From Deltaproteobacteria bacterium (lineage in GTDB: Bacteria > Myxococcota_A > Polyangia > Fen-1088), in the NCBI GenBank assembly GCA_033763315.1, contig JANRKS010000024.1, positions 96,001-160,000 of the forward strand: 64,000 nucleotides of DNA, given 5' to 3'. Positions 20,260-30,561 of the stretch are shown here, in pieces. The first letter of the stretch is position 1. The number at the start of each line of letters is the position of its first letter. A model generated the notes under the pieces. That model was not told where the DNA came from and did no database searches. It saw only the letters and a program-made list of their open reading frames with translations. Made by a program: the position numbers and the translations under genes.

Positions 20260-20273
20260 GCCGGCACACTGTT

Positions 20274-22610
20274 TTATCGTCCGCGCCCTGTTTCTGCGCT
20301 GTTCTCGGCCTTCAGACGCCGCGGCAAATGCAGATCAATCGGAGGCCCGCGGTACACGGGCCTGCCGTTCCACGTCACGGTAACGTTGCCGGCCATTTGC
20401 AGGCCTTCGGCCCCCAGCCTCACGTCCAGTCCTTTGGTTCCGTGGCTTTTGATGCGGACCGTGTTGCCCACAATGACGCACTCGAAGTTGGCCAACGGCG
20501 CCCCCGGGGCGGCCTTGTCGACCGATACGCCCCACACCCCACGGTGCTCCGGCGTGTCCGCAACGAACGTGAACCGGCTGGGCCGCTTGCGCACGTGTTT
20601 GGCCAACCACTCGACGCCCTCCTTCTGCTTGGCCATCAGGTACACATGCCCCAGCTGTGGGGTGCTGGAAAACGTCAAGGGCACGCCCTGACTCTTGAGC
20701 TCGATGTTGAAGGCGTCGAATTTGGGCGCGGCGAAGAAGTCCTCCGTGCCCGCCCAATGCCACACAGGAACATAAGAGAGGTTGCGTGCCAGGCTAATGG
20801 GTTCACTCGTGTCGGGACTCGCGCCAAACACGGCCAAAGCGGCCCACCGATCGGGGGTGCGGCTGCCCAACAACCAGGTACCCACGCCGCCCATTGAAAA
20901 CCCGTACAGATAATGCCGATCCGGATCCGTCTTGAACACCATCCCAAAATCGGCGAGCGCTTCCCACACGTCCGTCTCACCAATGTCGCGGTAGCCGCTG
21001 TTGCCCCGGCCAAACGGCTGCAAATGATATCCGGAGCGATCAACCGAGGCGTAGTTCTTGGGTGATTCGTACCCGAGCAAATCCATCGCTTTCGCGGCGC
21101 CGGAAAGACCGGATGCCACCCACGCCATGGGGTGCGGGTTCCCGGCACCGTGCAACTCGACGAACAAGGGAAACAATGCCTGATCTTCGCGGCGTTTGTT
21201 CGCGTCAAATCCTTTGGGCAAGGTGACGTAGTAGCTTTGCAAAGAGGCATCACGCGGGGAGCTGAACGCGAAGATGAGGCTGCGCCGCCCATCCAGGTAG
21301 GCCGACCACAGCCCGGCGTCGGCGTTGAAACCTTCCAGGGTCGAGCGAACCTGTTCAACCGTTTCAAGCACCAACGCGGTGTTGTTGCGGTAGGTTTCCA
21401 TGCGGCCACGTTCGGCCTCCGTGAGGGCGCGAACTGAGCGGACGTGCCGTTCGAACAACGGGTGCACGGGTGCGGCCAAAAGTTCGTCAAGGCGCCTCCA
21501 CAGCGCACGAAAGACGCCGTCCGCAAGCAACGGGCTGTGCCGAATCACAAGCGGTGGCAGCCCTGCGCCAATGACATCAACCTCGAACGCGGGTTGGGTG
21601 GCGTCGCGCGCCGGCAGATACGTGACAATGAAGCGGCGAAGCCCGGCGTCCGCCGCCACGGGCGCGACGTTGTGAACCAATTGTACCCCCTCGCCACTGA
21701 CGCGGACTTGCGCGGGCTTGGGGCTGGCCACCGCCACAGCCACGCGCGCAGCCTCGCCATCCCAAAGGCTCCCGTTGAGCACCGTTGCGGCTGCAAACGG
21801 CGCTGCCGGCATAGCAAAGGCAAGCGGCATAAAGCGACCAGCGCGCAAATCGCTGGCGCCGTCGCCGAACCGCAGATAACCGTCTTTTTCACCCGGGTTG
21901 ACGTCCTTGACCTGGACCGCCAGGCGGAAGTTGGGCACGGCGCCCGGCATGACCTCAAGCGAAGCCCACGGCAGCCTCAAATCATAGATTGTTTCGTGGG
22001 TCGCTTCCGCGCGCCTGACGCGGGCCTGTGAAGCATCGAGGCGCCCCTTGAGGGCGGGCGAGGCTGCGCCCAGGACCAGGGTCAAAGGGCCATCGGGGGT
22101 CATAGCCAACCCAAACGTCGCGTCGTCAGGACCAAAGGGACCGCGTGTGTCGATATCGGAGGCGCCCGCGCCGTCCCCGCGGCCGTCGACGGCCACGCGC
22201 ATGAAGTCACCCTGCCATAGAAGGTCGCCGGGGCGCCCCACATGGATCACGTCCTGCACAACCACGTGCACATGGAGGGCGCGAAGGGACACGGCAACCC
22301 AGCCCTTGGCTTTGGCCTTCACGTCGGGGGCCGAAAGCTCGAACGTCGGCGTGGCCGGCAACCAGCTTTCGTCCCCTGGACCGGCGTCTGCGGTCCAGCC
22401 GATCTGCAGCGCTCCCGGGCTAACCGAAGCCCCCGCCTCAATGCGTGCCACGGGCTTCAAAGACGTCGCATGGGCCCTGGCGGCTAAACCGAGAGCCACG
22501 GCGACGGCAACGACAAACAGGCGCGGCCTGATGGGATGCTGGCCTATGACACCCCGCGCGCGCCGGTGAGAAACGCGCGCAAAGAGGGAACGAAGAGGCG
22601 TGAGGTTCAT
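20274..22610 (-). CDS. Secreted CBM9/DOMON-like sugar-binding domain fused to alpha/beta-hydrolase (esterase)
   Basis: Signal peptide (AHA-T); LWQGDFMRVAVD and YDLRLPW resemble CBM9; ELHGAG, PFGRG, YLYGFSMGG nucleophile elbow, GTED, LGH. Confidence 0.8.
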   Translation of the reverse strand: MNLTPLRSLFARVSHRRARGVIGQHPIRPRLFVVAVAVALGLAARAHATSLKPVARIEAGASVSPGALQIGWTADAGPGDESWLPATPTFELSAPDVKAKAKGWVAVSLRALHVHVVVQDVIHVGRPGDLLWQGDFMRVAVDGRGDGAGASDIDTRGPFGPDDATFGLAMTPDGPLTLVLGAASPALKGRLDASQARVRRAEATHETIYDLRLPWASLEVMPGAVPNFRLAVQVKDVNPGEKDGYLRFGDGASDLRAGRFMPLAFAMPAAPFAAATVLNGSLWDGEAARVAVAVASPKPAQVRVSGEGVQLVHNVAPVAADAGLRRFIVTYLPARDATQPAFEVDVIGAGLPPLVIRHSPLLADGVFRALWRRLDELLAAPVHPLFERHVRSVRALTEAERGRMETYRNNTALVLETVEQVRSTLEGFNADAGLWSAYLDGRRSLIFAFSSPRDASLQSYYVTLPKGFDANKRREDQALFPLFVELHGAGNPHPMAWVASGLSGAAKAMDLLGYESPKNYASVDRSGYHLQPFGRGNSGYRDIGETDVWEALADFGMVFKTDPDRHYLYGFSMGGVGTWLLGSRTPDRWAALAVFGASPDTSEPISLARNLSYVPVWHWAGTEDFFAAPKFDAFNIELKSQGVPLTFSSTPQLGHVYLMAKQKEGVEWLAKHVRKRPSRFTFVADTPEHRGVWGVSVDKAAPGAPLANFECVIVGNTVRIKSHGTKGLDVRLGAEGLQMAGNVTVTWNGRPVYRGPPIDLHLPRRLKAENSAETGRGR

Positions 22611-22797
22611 GCGCCGAAGCAAACGTGAAAAGGCATCGAAAGGTCAACGCAAAAGGCAACCGGATCAGTGTTCTTCGGGAATGTCGCTGCCGCGTGCCGG
22701 CCAGGACGTCGCCCACGAGAGGAGCTCGATTGCTGCAGACGCACAATGATTTGCGCCTGTTCAAGCGGCATTTCTTTACCGCCGATAGCAGGACACA

Positions 22798-24999
22798 TTG
22801 GAAAGGACCCTGCCACCGACATCGCGGCCTTTGGGATCAGTCACCTCGGCAGAGATGGCGACCTTGCGGGCCGAGCAGGTCAAGCTCGTTTACAACAGCT
22901 TGCCCACCGGCTTGGGTGCCGCACTCCTTAACACCATAGTCATTGCGGCTTTGTCCATCGAGCACGCACCTGCTCTGGCGATCGAAGCTTGGGTGGGGTT
23001 GTCGCTGGCCGTGTTGGGGTACCGGCTTGTTGGTCTTTTGGGATACCGCCGGGCTTCGCGCGCCGCAGGCGCAGATGGTCCCACGACCGGACCCTGGTTG
23101 CGGCGATTTCTCTATGGGTCGTGGGCCGCGGGCGCGATCTGGGGCCTGGCCCCCATCCTGCTGTTTGCAACAGATAGCCCCCCTCACCAAATCTTTTTGG
23201 CCTTCGTCTTGTCGGGCGTGGCGGCTGGCTCGATCACCACCTTGAGCCCCCTGCGGCAGGCTTTGGTGCCATTCTCTTTGGCAATCACCGTACCGATGGC
23301 GCTGCGTTTCGCTCTGTCAGGCGCGCCGTTGGGAAACAGCGTGGCGTTGTTGGCAGTGGTGTTTTTGGCATTCTCCATCACAAGCGGGCTTAAGGCGCAC
23401 ACATCAATCGCAGAGAGCCTTACGTTGCGCATTCGCCTTGCCCAATCAGAACAGCTTCTTCAAGACACGGGCAGGTTGCTGCACGTGGGCGGATGGGCAT
23501 ACGATTTGCCAACACAGAAGCTGCGTTGGTCACGCGAGGTGTTCCGCATCCACGAACTGCCGGAGGATCAACAACCCGACGTCGACCACGCCCTGGTGTT
23601 CTACCCGCCCGAAGACCGCGAACGCGTGCGAGCGGCGATTGAGCTTTGTAGAACCCACGGTACGCCCTGGGACTTGCAGACTGAGTTCATAACGGCGAAA
23701 GGCAATAAACGATGGGTGCGTTCGCTTGGCCGTGCTGATTTCCGGCATGGCAAGGCCGTGCGCCTGTCGGGGTCATTTCAAGACGTGACGGCCAGCAAAC
23801 AAACAGAACAAGAGCTGATCGCCGCCAAAGAGATGGCGGAGGCCGCGACACGTGCCAAGAGCCAATTTCTGGCGACGATGAGCCATGAGATTCGCACGCC
23901 GATGAACGGCGTTTTGGGTCTTTCGAAACTGCTGATGACCAGTCCATTAAATGAGGAACAAAGACGTTTGGTCGATGGCATTCATGCCTCGGGCGAAACA
24001 CTGCTGACCGTCATCAACGACATTCTCGACTTTTCGCGCATCGAGGCAGGTCGCCTCGACATCTTGAAACAACCCTTCAACGTAAGTGACGCCGTTGCCA
24101 CGGTGGTGCAACTGATAAAGCCTACGGCCGATGCGCAGGCGCTCGAACTAAACGTGACGTTCAACACTTCCGGTAACGTTTGGTTTGTCGGTGACGCTAA
24201 CCGCATTCGACAGGTGCTGCTCAACTTGTTGAGCAATGCAGTGAAGTTTACAGAGAGGGGGCACGTGTCATTGACGGTGGACGTGCAACCCGACTCCAAC
24301 ACGATGAATCGCCTTCGGTTCACAGTGAACGATACAGGGCCTGGGATCTCTGAAAATCTGCAAGGAAAGCTGTTTAGGCCGTTTTCTCAAGTCGATGAGA
24401 GCCCGGCACGCCGCTTCGGCGGGAGCGGGCTGGGCTTGGCGATATCGCGCCAGCTGGTGGAGCTCATGGGAGGTTCTATCCAGCTTCATTCCGAAGTTGG
24501 CAAAGGCACAACGTTCACCGTTGAGTTGCCTTTAGAATCTGCACCCACAAGCACGGCGAAGGCTGCACCGACGCGTTCCGCTGCGAAGCTTTCGTGGCGA
24601 ACAAAACCCCGGTTGCTCGTGGTGGAGGACAATGAGGTGAACCAGATCGTTGTGCAACAGCTGCTGGAGCGGCTCGATTGCTCTGTGGTTGTTGCCGGCG
24701 GAGGACTCGAAGGGTGGAAGGCATGGCGAGAGGGCCAATTCGATCTCATCTTCATGGACTGCCAAATGCCTGGCATGGATGGATTCGAGCTGACGCGTGA
24801 GATCCGCGCCGCCGAAACCCGTGACCCTATCCCCATCGTTGCCCTCACAGCGAACGTGTTCCAAGAAGACAAGGACAATTGCCTGGCCGCCGGGATGACG
24901 GATCACATAGCGAAACCCGTATCACTCGCGAGCCTCGCGCGCGGCCTCGAACGGCATCTGCCTCACCTGCTGTCTGCTTCGGCCGTGGCTGGAGCCTAA
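22798..24999 (+). CDS. Hybrid sensor histidine kinase/response regulator with PAS domain
   Basis: Multi-TM N-terminus, PAS (WSREVFRIH), [35 protein letters not shown] (FMDCQMP). Confidence 0.95.
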   Translation: MERTLPPTSRPLGSVTSAEMATLRAEQVKLVYNSLPTGLGAALLNTIVIAALSIEHAPALAIEAWVGLSLAVLGYRLVGLLGYRRASRAAGADGPTTGPWLRRFLYGSWAAGAIWGLAPILLFATDSPPHQIFLAFVLSGVAAGSITTLSPLRQALVPFSLAITVPMALRFALSGAPLGNSVALLAVVFLAFSITSGLKAHTSIAESLTLRIRLAQSEQLLQDTGRLLHVGGWAYDLPTQKLRWSREVFRIHELPEDQQPDVDHALVFYPPEDRERVRAAIELCRTHGTPWDLQTEFITAKGNKRWVRSLGRADFRHGKAVRLSGSFQDVTASKQTEQELIAAKEMAEAATRAKSQFLATMSHEIRTPMNGVLGLSKLLMTSPLNEEQRRLVDGIHASGETLLTVINDILDFSRIEAGRLDILKQPFNVSDAVATVVQLIKPTADAQALELNVTFNTSGNVWFVGDANRIRQVLLNLLSNAVKFTERGHVSLTVDVQPDSNTMNRLRFTVNDTGPGISENLQGKLFRPFSQVDESPARRFGGSGLGLAISRQLVELMGGSIQLHSEVGKGTTFTVELPLESAPTSTAKAAPTRSAAKLSWRTKPRLLVVEDNEVNQIVVQQLLERLDCSVVVAGGGLEGWKAWREGQFDLIFMDCQMPGMDGFELTREIRAAETRDPIPIVALTANVFQEDKDNCLAAGMTDHIAKPVSLASLARGLERHLPHLLSASAVAGA

Positions 25000-25033
25000 C
25001 GGTCTCCGCCACGGGCCGGAGCCAGACGCGCGA

Positions 25034-26083
25034 TCAAGCCACCGCCATGGCGTCGCCACCCTTCGCGGGTGTGATCGCCACCGGCCCAAGACGCGCTTCG
25101 GTTGGCAATCCAAGGATCGCCTCCCGCACCGCGGCCATGATCTCGGGATGCGCCACCAGGTAGTCTCGGGCCTTTTCGCGGCCTTGCCCCAAACGTTCGC
25201 CCTTCCACGAGTAGAACGCGCCTGCTTTATCAATAACGCCTGTGCTTGAGCCAATGTCGATGAGTTCGCCGGCCAAGTCGACCCCTGTGCCGTACAGAAT
25301 GTCGAATTGCGCTTCTCGGAAGGGCGGTGCCACCTTGTTCTTCACGACCTTCACGCGGGTTTTGGTGCCCACGACCACCTCACCGTCCTTGAGCACACCC
25401 GTCTTACGAATGTCCAAACGCACGCTGCTGTAGAACTTTAGCGCGTTGCCACCCGTGGTGGTTTCGGGGCTGCCGAACATCACGCCGATCTTCATACGCA
25501 ACTGGTTTATGAACACCACTGTGGCATTGGCGCGGGCGGTGGCGGCCGTTAGTTTGCGCAACGCCTGGCTCATCAGACGCGCTTGCAAACCCATGTGCGA
25601 ATCGCCCATTTCGCCCTCGATCTCAGCGCGCGGCACCAAGGCCGCAACGCTATCCACCACGATGAGATCCACTGCCCCCGTGGCAACCAGGCGATCGACA
25701 ATTTCAAGCGCTTGTTCGCCGCAGTCGGGTTGCGAGACAAGTAGCTCTTCAACTTTGACGCCCAGCTTTTTGGCGTAGCCAATGTCGAGCGCGTGCTCGG
25801 CATCAATGAAGGCACAGACGCCGCCCTGCCGTTGCGCCTGGGCGATGGCCTGCAGTGTGACAGTGGTTTTCCCGGAGGACTCTGGACCATAGATCTCGAC
25901 GACACGCCCACGAGGCAGGCCGCCCACCCCCAAGGCGAGGTCAAGGCCCACCGAACCGGTGGGTATCACCTCGATCTCCGGGGCTTCGCCTTCTCCCAGC
26001 GACATGATGGCGCCTTTGCCAAATTGCTTTTCGATGGATGCGAGTGTTTGCGCGATAGACTTCAGTTTTTCTTTGATCGACAT
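25034..26083 (-). CDS. recA: Recombinase A (resembles the myxobacterial RecA1 paralog)
   Basis: [52 protein letters not shown]; SD GAGGAG. Confidence 0.98.
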   Translation of the reverse strand: MSIKEKLKSIAQTLASIEKQFGKGAIMSLGEGEAPEIEVIPTGSVGLDLALGVGGLPRGRVVEIYGPESSGKTTVTLQAIAQAQRQGGVCAFIDAEHALDIGYAKKLGVKVEELLVSQPDCGEQALEIVDRLVATGAVDLIVVDSVAALVPRAEIEGEMGDSHMGLQARLMSQALRKLTAATARANATVVFINQLRMKIGVMFGSPETTTGGNALKFYSSVRLDIRKTGVLKDGEVVVGTKTRVKVVKNKVAPPFREAQFDILYGTGVDLAGELIDIGSSTGVIDKAGAFYSWKGERLGQGREKARDYLVAHPEIMAAVREAILGLPTEARLGPVAITPAKGGDAMAVA

Positions 26084-26127
26084 TTGTTGTGATCTCCTCT
26101 GTGTGCCTTATCCGCAGCGTTTGGCAT

Positions 26128-27660
26128 TTAGTTGCTAACTATGTCGCGATCGAACGCGCGGTAAGCCAACGCCTCGGCCACGTGAACGCTGCGCACCGAC
26201 TCACTCCCCGCCAAGTCGGCGATGGTGCGGCCCACGCGGCGAATCTTTTCAACAGCGCGCGCCGATAGTCCGAACCGCGCCACCGCCTTTTCCAACAAGC
26301 GATGGCTCGTATCATCAAGCGCTGCGCACTGCGCGAGGTCCCTTGAAGACAGCTGCGCGTTCGTGACAGCGCTGCGCCGCTTTTGTTGTTGGCGCGCAAG
26401 CAAGACGCGAGCGCCTACGCTGGCGCTCGGCTCTCCAGGAGCACCACGGGCCACGTCGCGGTAGGGCACCGCCGGCACTTGTACGTGCATATCGATGCGA
26501 TCAAGCAGCGGGCCCGAAAGTTTGGCGCGGTAGTTCGCAATGGCGGCCAGCGAACACGTGCATGTACGTAGGGTGCTGCCGAGGTGCCCGCACGGGCAGG
26601 GGTTCAATGCGGCCACCAACATGAAATTGGATGGAAAGCGAACAGCCCGCCGCGCGCGGACCAGCGTGATGAAGCGATCTTCGAGCGGCTGCCGCAGGCC
26701 CTCGAGCGATACACGAGAGAACTCAAGCAACTCATCAAGGAACAGCACGCCGTTGTGAGCCAGTGACACTTCGCCCGGCCTCACCATCGGGCCGCCGCCG
26801 ACAAGCCCGGCGACAGACACGGTGTGGTGCGGAGCGCGGAATGGCCGCGTTTGCAACAGGCCTTGCGTGCCCAACAAGCCCGCCACCGAATGCACCATCG
26901 TGGTTTGCAGCGCTTCCTCGAAATCAAGCGGCGGCAAGATCCCCGGCAGCCGGCGCGCCAGCATCGTTTTGCCTGAGCCGGGCGGCCCCACAAACAAAAT
27001 GTTGTGCCCTCCCGCCGCCGCGATCTCCAGCGCCCGGCGGGCTTCAGCTTGGCCGCGAATGTCAGATAGGTCAGCCACTGCGTTTGGGCCGGTGTTGTGT
27101 GCAGGCGTTGTTGATTCGGGCGCCAGCTTGCTCCACCCAGCATCGCTGTCTCGGCGGAGCGCTTCGATCACGTCGGCCAACGTACGCACAGAGATGACGC
27201 GGCTTTCACCAGCAGCGACGGCCGCCTCCCCCGCGTTCGCGGAAGGCACGAAAATGCGGCGCAGGTGGTGTTCACGCGCCCACGCCGTCACGGGCAACAC
27301 GCCGCGCACGGGCCGCAGTGAACCATCAAGCGCCAGCTCGCCCAATACAACGCTTTGATCAAGCGCATGCTTGGGCAGCTCTTCGGCAGCTTGCAGAATG
27401 CCCAACGCGATGGGAAGGTCGAACGCGGCGCCATCTTTTTTGAGATCGGCGGGTGCCAAGTTCACAACGATGCGACGTTGGGGAACCTTGAATCCACACT
27501 GTTCAAGGGCTGCGCGAATTCGAATGCGTCCCTCTTTGACACCCACATCGGGCAGGCCAACGATGTTGATGCCTGGCAATCCGGGACCAATGTCCACTTC
27601 GACTTCGATGGGCGAGGCCTCGATTCCTACAACGGTGGCTGATCGTATCTTTGCGAGCAT
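26128..27660 (-). CDS. comM: YifB/ComM Mg-chelatase-like AAA+ ATPase
   Basis: IVGLPD, VNLAPADLKKDG..FDLPIA, GPPGSGKT, PFRAPHH, GEVSLAHNGVLFLDE, NPCPCG, SGPLLDRID. Confidence 0.95.
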   Translation of the reverse strand: MLAKIRSATVVGIEASPIEVEVDIGPGLPGINIVGLPDVGVKEGRIRIRAALEQCGFKVPQRRIVVNLAPADLKKDGAAFDLPIALGILQAAEELPKHALDQSVVLGELALDGSLRPVRGVLPVTAWAREHHLRRIFVPSANAGEAAVAAGESRVISVRTLADVIEALRRDSDAGWSKLAPESTTPAHNTGPNAVADLSDIRGQAEARRALEIAAAGGHNILFVGPPGSGKTMLARRLPGILPPLDFEEALQTTMVHSVAGLLGTQGLLQTRPFRAPHHTVSVAGLVGGGPMVRPGEVSLAHNGVLFLDELLEFSRVSLEGLRQPLEDRFITLVRARRAVRFPSNFMLVAALNPCPCGHLGSTLRTCTCSLAAIANYRAKLSGPLLDRIDMHVQVPAVPYRDVARGAPGEPSASVGARVLLARQQQKRRSAVTNAQLSSRDLAQCAALDDTSHRLLEKAVARFGLSARAVEKIRRVGRTIADLAGSESVRSVHVAEALAYRAFDRDIVSN

Positions 27661-27672
27661 GCCGCACAACAC

Positions 27673-27689
27673 TGCGAGGCGCGTGCCAG
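27673..27689 (-). promoter_or_regulatory. Sigma54-type promoter of comM(-recA)
   Basis: Minus strand CTGGCACGCGCCTCGCA matches YTGGCACG-N4-TTGCW with 1 mismatch; predicted +1 near 27662, 2 nt before the ATG. Confidence 0.65.
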
Positions 27690-27718
27690 CAAAAGCGCGT
27701 GCGCGGAGGCCGTGCGCT

Positions 27719-27746
27719 CTAAACTGCGTGTTCAGATAGCGAACAC
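27719..27746. promoter_or_regulatory. Palindromic operator/enhancer candidate upstream of comM
   Basis: GTGTTC-N7-GAACAC (27728-27746) overlapping CTAAAC-N5-GTTCAG (27719-27735). Confidence 0.4.
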
Positions 27747-27790
27747 CGCAAACGCGATCTGATCACCACACCCGCAATCCGAACATCCCT

Positions 27791-28690
27791 TCAAAGATTG
27801 GAGGTGTCGCCTGCAGAGGCGTCCGCTCCTGCATCAGTTGCACCGCCATCCACACCGCCGTCGACGTTGCCAGCAATGAGGAATGGGAACTCATAGGCGC
27901 CCGCCGGCAAAGGGATTCCAAACGTGTCAGTGATGGCGTTCGGCAGCATCACCAAGCGATGCGCCCCGGGGGTCCAAGGCACGCCTTCGCCAACGGGTTT
28001 GACGACCCATACGTTGGGCGGCTCCACGCGCACCACCACCGGCACCTCCAACACACCCGCGAACACGCGTACGGCACCGGCCGTGGCGCCCGCCGGCACG
28101 CTCGAAAAGACAATGCGTATCGAGAAGGTGGTGGGCAGGGCGCCTTGAGGCACAGCCACCGTGGCCACAAACGGTTGCGTATCAAACGAGCCGCCAGAAA
28201 CGCCCACGTAGCTCCGCGCCTGTTTGTCTGTGATGCGTTCGCGATTCAACTCCAGCGTCAGATGAACGCCGGCGGGCAAGGCGACGGGAGCGCTGAACGT
28301 AAGCGTTGGCGCAGGACCGTAGTTTTGCCGTTTCGACGGGTTGTAGTCGGCAAGTAAGCCAAGCTCCGTGATGCCACCAGCGGCTTCCCATCGCACCTTG
28401 GCCACCCCTCGACCCGGCCCAGGGGCGCTGCCGCTGAGATCCTGCACCTTGCTTGGATCCAAGAGCGCATCGAAGGTCGCACGTATAGACGACAAGGGCG
28501 ACACCAGGGGTACGCCGGCCTCTGCACCCGACAGCGCATTGATCGCGCTACCTGACGGCTCAAGCAGCTCAAGCGCGATCAAATTGGGTGCGAGGTTCGG
28601 CGTGGAAGGATCAGAGCAGGCGCCCATCGACGTTGCGCCCAACAACAACGACAATCCCAAAATCGAAACCCGCCTCATCGCGCCCATCAT
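27791..28690 (-). CDS. Lipoprotein with Ig-like (Big_5-like) domains
   Basis: Lipobox SMGAC; IRATFDALLDP and IRIVFSSVP...ITDTFG segments; C-terminal DGG/DAG repeats. Confidence 0.75.
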   Translation of the reverse strand: MMGAMRRVSILGLSLLLGATSMGACSDPSTPNLAPNLIALELLEPSGSAINALSGAEAGVPLVSPLSSIRATFDALLDPSKVQDLSGSAPGPGRGVAKVRWEAAGGITELGLLADYNPSKRQNYGPAPTLTFSAPVALPAGVHLTLELNRERITDKQARSYVGVSGGSFDTQPFVATVAVPQGALPTTFSIRIVFSSVPAGATAGAVRVFAGVLEVPVVVRVEPPNVWVVKPVGEGVPWTPGAHRLVMLPNAITDTFGIPLPAGAYEFPFLIAGNVDGGVDGGATDAGADASAGDTSNL

Positions 28691-28760
28691 CTCTTAGTGA
28701 GAGGGAGGCTGCAATGGGCGGGTCTTCGGCTTGATCGAAACGCGCACGGTTCGTGCGTCG

Positions 28761-29174
28761 TTAGTCTTTCGTCACGATGCCCAACGTTTCGGCCCCAGCG
28801 CCGCGCGCGGTATCCATCAGTTTGACGGCTTCGCCGTAGTTGGCGTCGTCTTCGATCTTGAAGAACACAACCTTCTTGCTGGCCTTCTTGAGACGGTCGG
28901 CCAATTTGTCAGCCAACGCCTCCCACGCCACGGGCTCTGCGTTCACCGTGATCTGACGATCGGCATTGTATTCAATGACGATGTTGTTGGGCAGATCGGG
29001 CGGCGGGGGCACGTCGTCCGGCATTTTCTTGGGAACGTTTGCGTCATGGTGCTTCAGCAACGAAGGCGTAAGCACCATGAAGATGATGAGCAAAACAAGG
29101 ACGACATCGATGAGAGGCGTAACGTTGATGTCCGATTTCGCCCCTCCCTTGCCGCCGCCTACATCCATTGCCAT
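28761..29174 (-). CDS. exbD: ExbD/TolR family protein
   Basis: DINVTPLIDVVLVLLIIFMV; YGEAVKLMD. Confidence 0.95.
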   Translation of the reverse strand: MAMDVGGGKGGAKSDINVTPLIDVVLVLLIIFMVLTPSLLKHHDANVPKKMPDDVPPPPDLPNNIVIEYNADRQITVNAEPVAWEALADKLADRLKKASKKVVFFKIEDDANYGEAVKLMDTARGAGAETLGIVTKD

Positions 29175-29191
29175 GGCTTGGGCTCCTTCGC

Positions 29192-29674
29192 TTAGCCGCC
29201 CGCCGGGGCGGCTTCGTCGGGGCGGAATTCTTCCGTGCCAAGCAGCACGTCTTCCACACCGGCTTTGTTTACTTTTTCCATGACTTCCCGGGCCAGGCCG
29301 TAAGTGATGCGGTTGTCAGCCTTCATGAAGATGTTCTTTTCGGGAGACTTACGCTTCTCTTCACTGATGACTGACACAAGCTCATCCAGGTCGCGGACTT
29401 TCTTGCCCATGACGTAGATGTCTTTGCTGGCGGCGATGGACACGATGATGTCCTTGCCGTCGTCCGCTTTTTTCTTGTGGTGGCTGGTCTTCGGCAGGTC
29501 CACGGCTACGCCGCTCACGATCATGGGCGTCACCACCATGAAGATGATGAGGAGCACCAACACAACGTCCACCAAGGGCGTTACGTTGATGTCGGCTTTC
29601 ACCAACCCCTTTGCACGCTTCTTGGGGTGGCGCGCATGTTTGCGCATCTTCTGTATTTGGTGCTGCGTAGCCAC
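29192..29674 (-). CDS. exbD: ExbD/TolR family protein (second copy)
   Basis: DINVTPLVDVVLVLLIIFMVVTP; VDLP; KADNRITYG. Confidence 0.95.
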   Translation of the reverse strand: MATQHQIQKMRKHARHPKKRAKGLVKADINVTPLVDVVLVLLIIFMVVTPMIVSGVAVDLPKTSHHKKKADDGKDIIVSIAASKDIYVMGKKVRDLDELVSVISEEKRKSPEKNIFMKADNRITYGLAREVMEKVNKAGVEDVLLGTEEFRPDEAAPAGG

Positions 29675-29703
29675 GGCCTAGACCTTTTGTTCGGGCTCGA
29701 TTG

Positions 29704-30501
29704 TTAGTAGCGCTGAGGACCGCCGCCGGGATACGGCGACGTGATTGGCCCGCGGCCCATCGGAGGCATACCGCCTTGTGGTGCCATCGGAGGTGCAGCG
29801 GCAAAACTGCGGCCTTCTCGGGTCATGCTGTCCAAAACTTCGCCGGCCGTCTCGTCGAGGTCGATGGTGACGTCGTCGATCTTCGCGATGAAGTAGTTGT
29901 AGAACCAAACCGACACAATCGCGACGCCCAGACCCACCGCGGTGGCAACCAGAGCTTCAGCGATACCAGCGGCGACCGAGGCGATACCGCCCGAGCCCTT
30001 GCTGGGATCACCCATGCTTTGGAAGGCCGTGATGATACCGAACACCGTGCCGAACAAGCCGACGAACGGTGCCGACGAAGCGATCGTGGCCAACAGCGGA
30101 ATGCCTTTTCGCATGCCCGCCAGTTGACGTTCTTTCACGCGCTCCATCATGCGGCTGGCGCCATCGACAACCATCTCGAACTCGGCGGCGTCGCCAGCCT
30201 TTGCGCCCAAGCCTTCCACACCACGAACGAATTCATTGATGCCCGAACCAATGACCTTCGCCACGGGGCTTGATTGCCAACGTTGATCGAGGCCCACGGC
30301 CTCGCGTAGGCGGCCTTGTGAGCTGACCAAGGGCAACAGCGAGCCGATGTATCCGATCGACTGAATCTTCGATTTACGGAACGTCACAAAGCGTTCAACC
30401 GTAACGCCGATCGCCAGAATCGACATGATGATGAGGATGATGACGACCGATTTGGCCACCACACCCATCTGGGCCCAAATATGTGTTAACGAAAAATCCA
30501 T
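29704..30501 (-). CDS. exbB: MotA/TolQ/ExbB proton channel
   Basis: LATIASSAPFVGLFGTVFGII; GIAEALVATAVGLGVAI. Confidence 0.95.
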   Translation of the reverse strand: MDFSLTHIWAQMGVVAKSVVIILIIMSILAIGVTVERFVTFRKSKIQSIGYIGSLLPLVSSQGRLREAVGLDQRWQSSPVAKVIGSGINEFVRGVEGLGAKAGDAAEFEMVVDGASRMMERVKERQLAGMRKGIPLLATIASSAPFVGLFGTVFGIITAFQSMGDPSKGSGGIASVAAGIAEALVATAVGLGVAIVSVWFYNYFIAKIDDVTIDLDETAGEVLDSMTREGRSFAAAPPMAPQGGMPPMGRGPITSPYPGGGPQRY

Positions 30502-30561
30502 GGTCCTTTTCTCCTTGAAGGCGTCTCCCGAAGTTGCCTTTTTCGATCGTGAGCGGGGCTG

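Noticed and set aside
22615-22710. Weak resemblance to a c-di-GMP-I (GEMM) riboswitch (GCAAAC...GAAA...ACGCAAA...CCGG) upstream of the hybrid kinase
   Set aside because: The GAAA-capped stem pairs poorly and the CUAA receptor element is missing; an Infernal scan with the c-di-GMP-I model would settle it.
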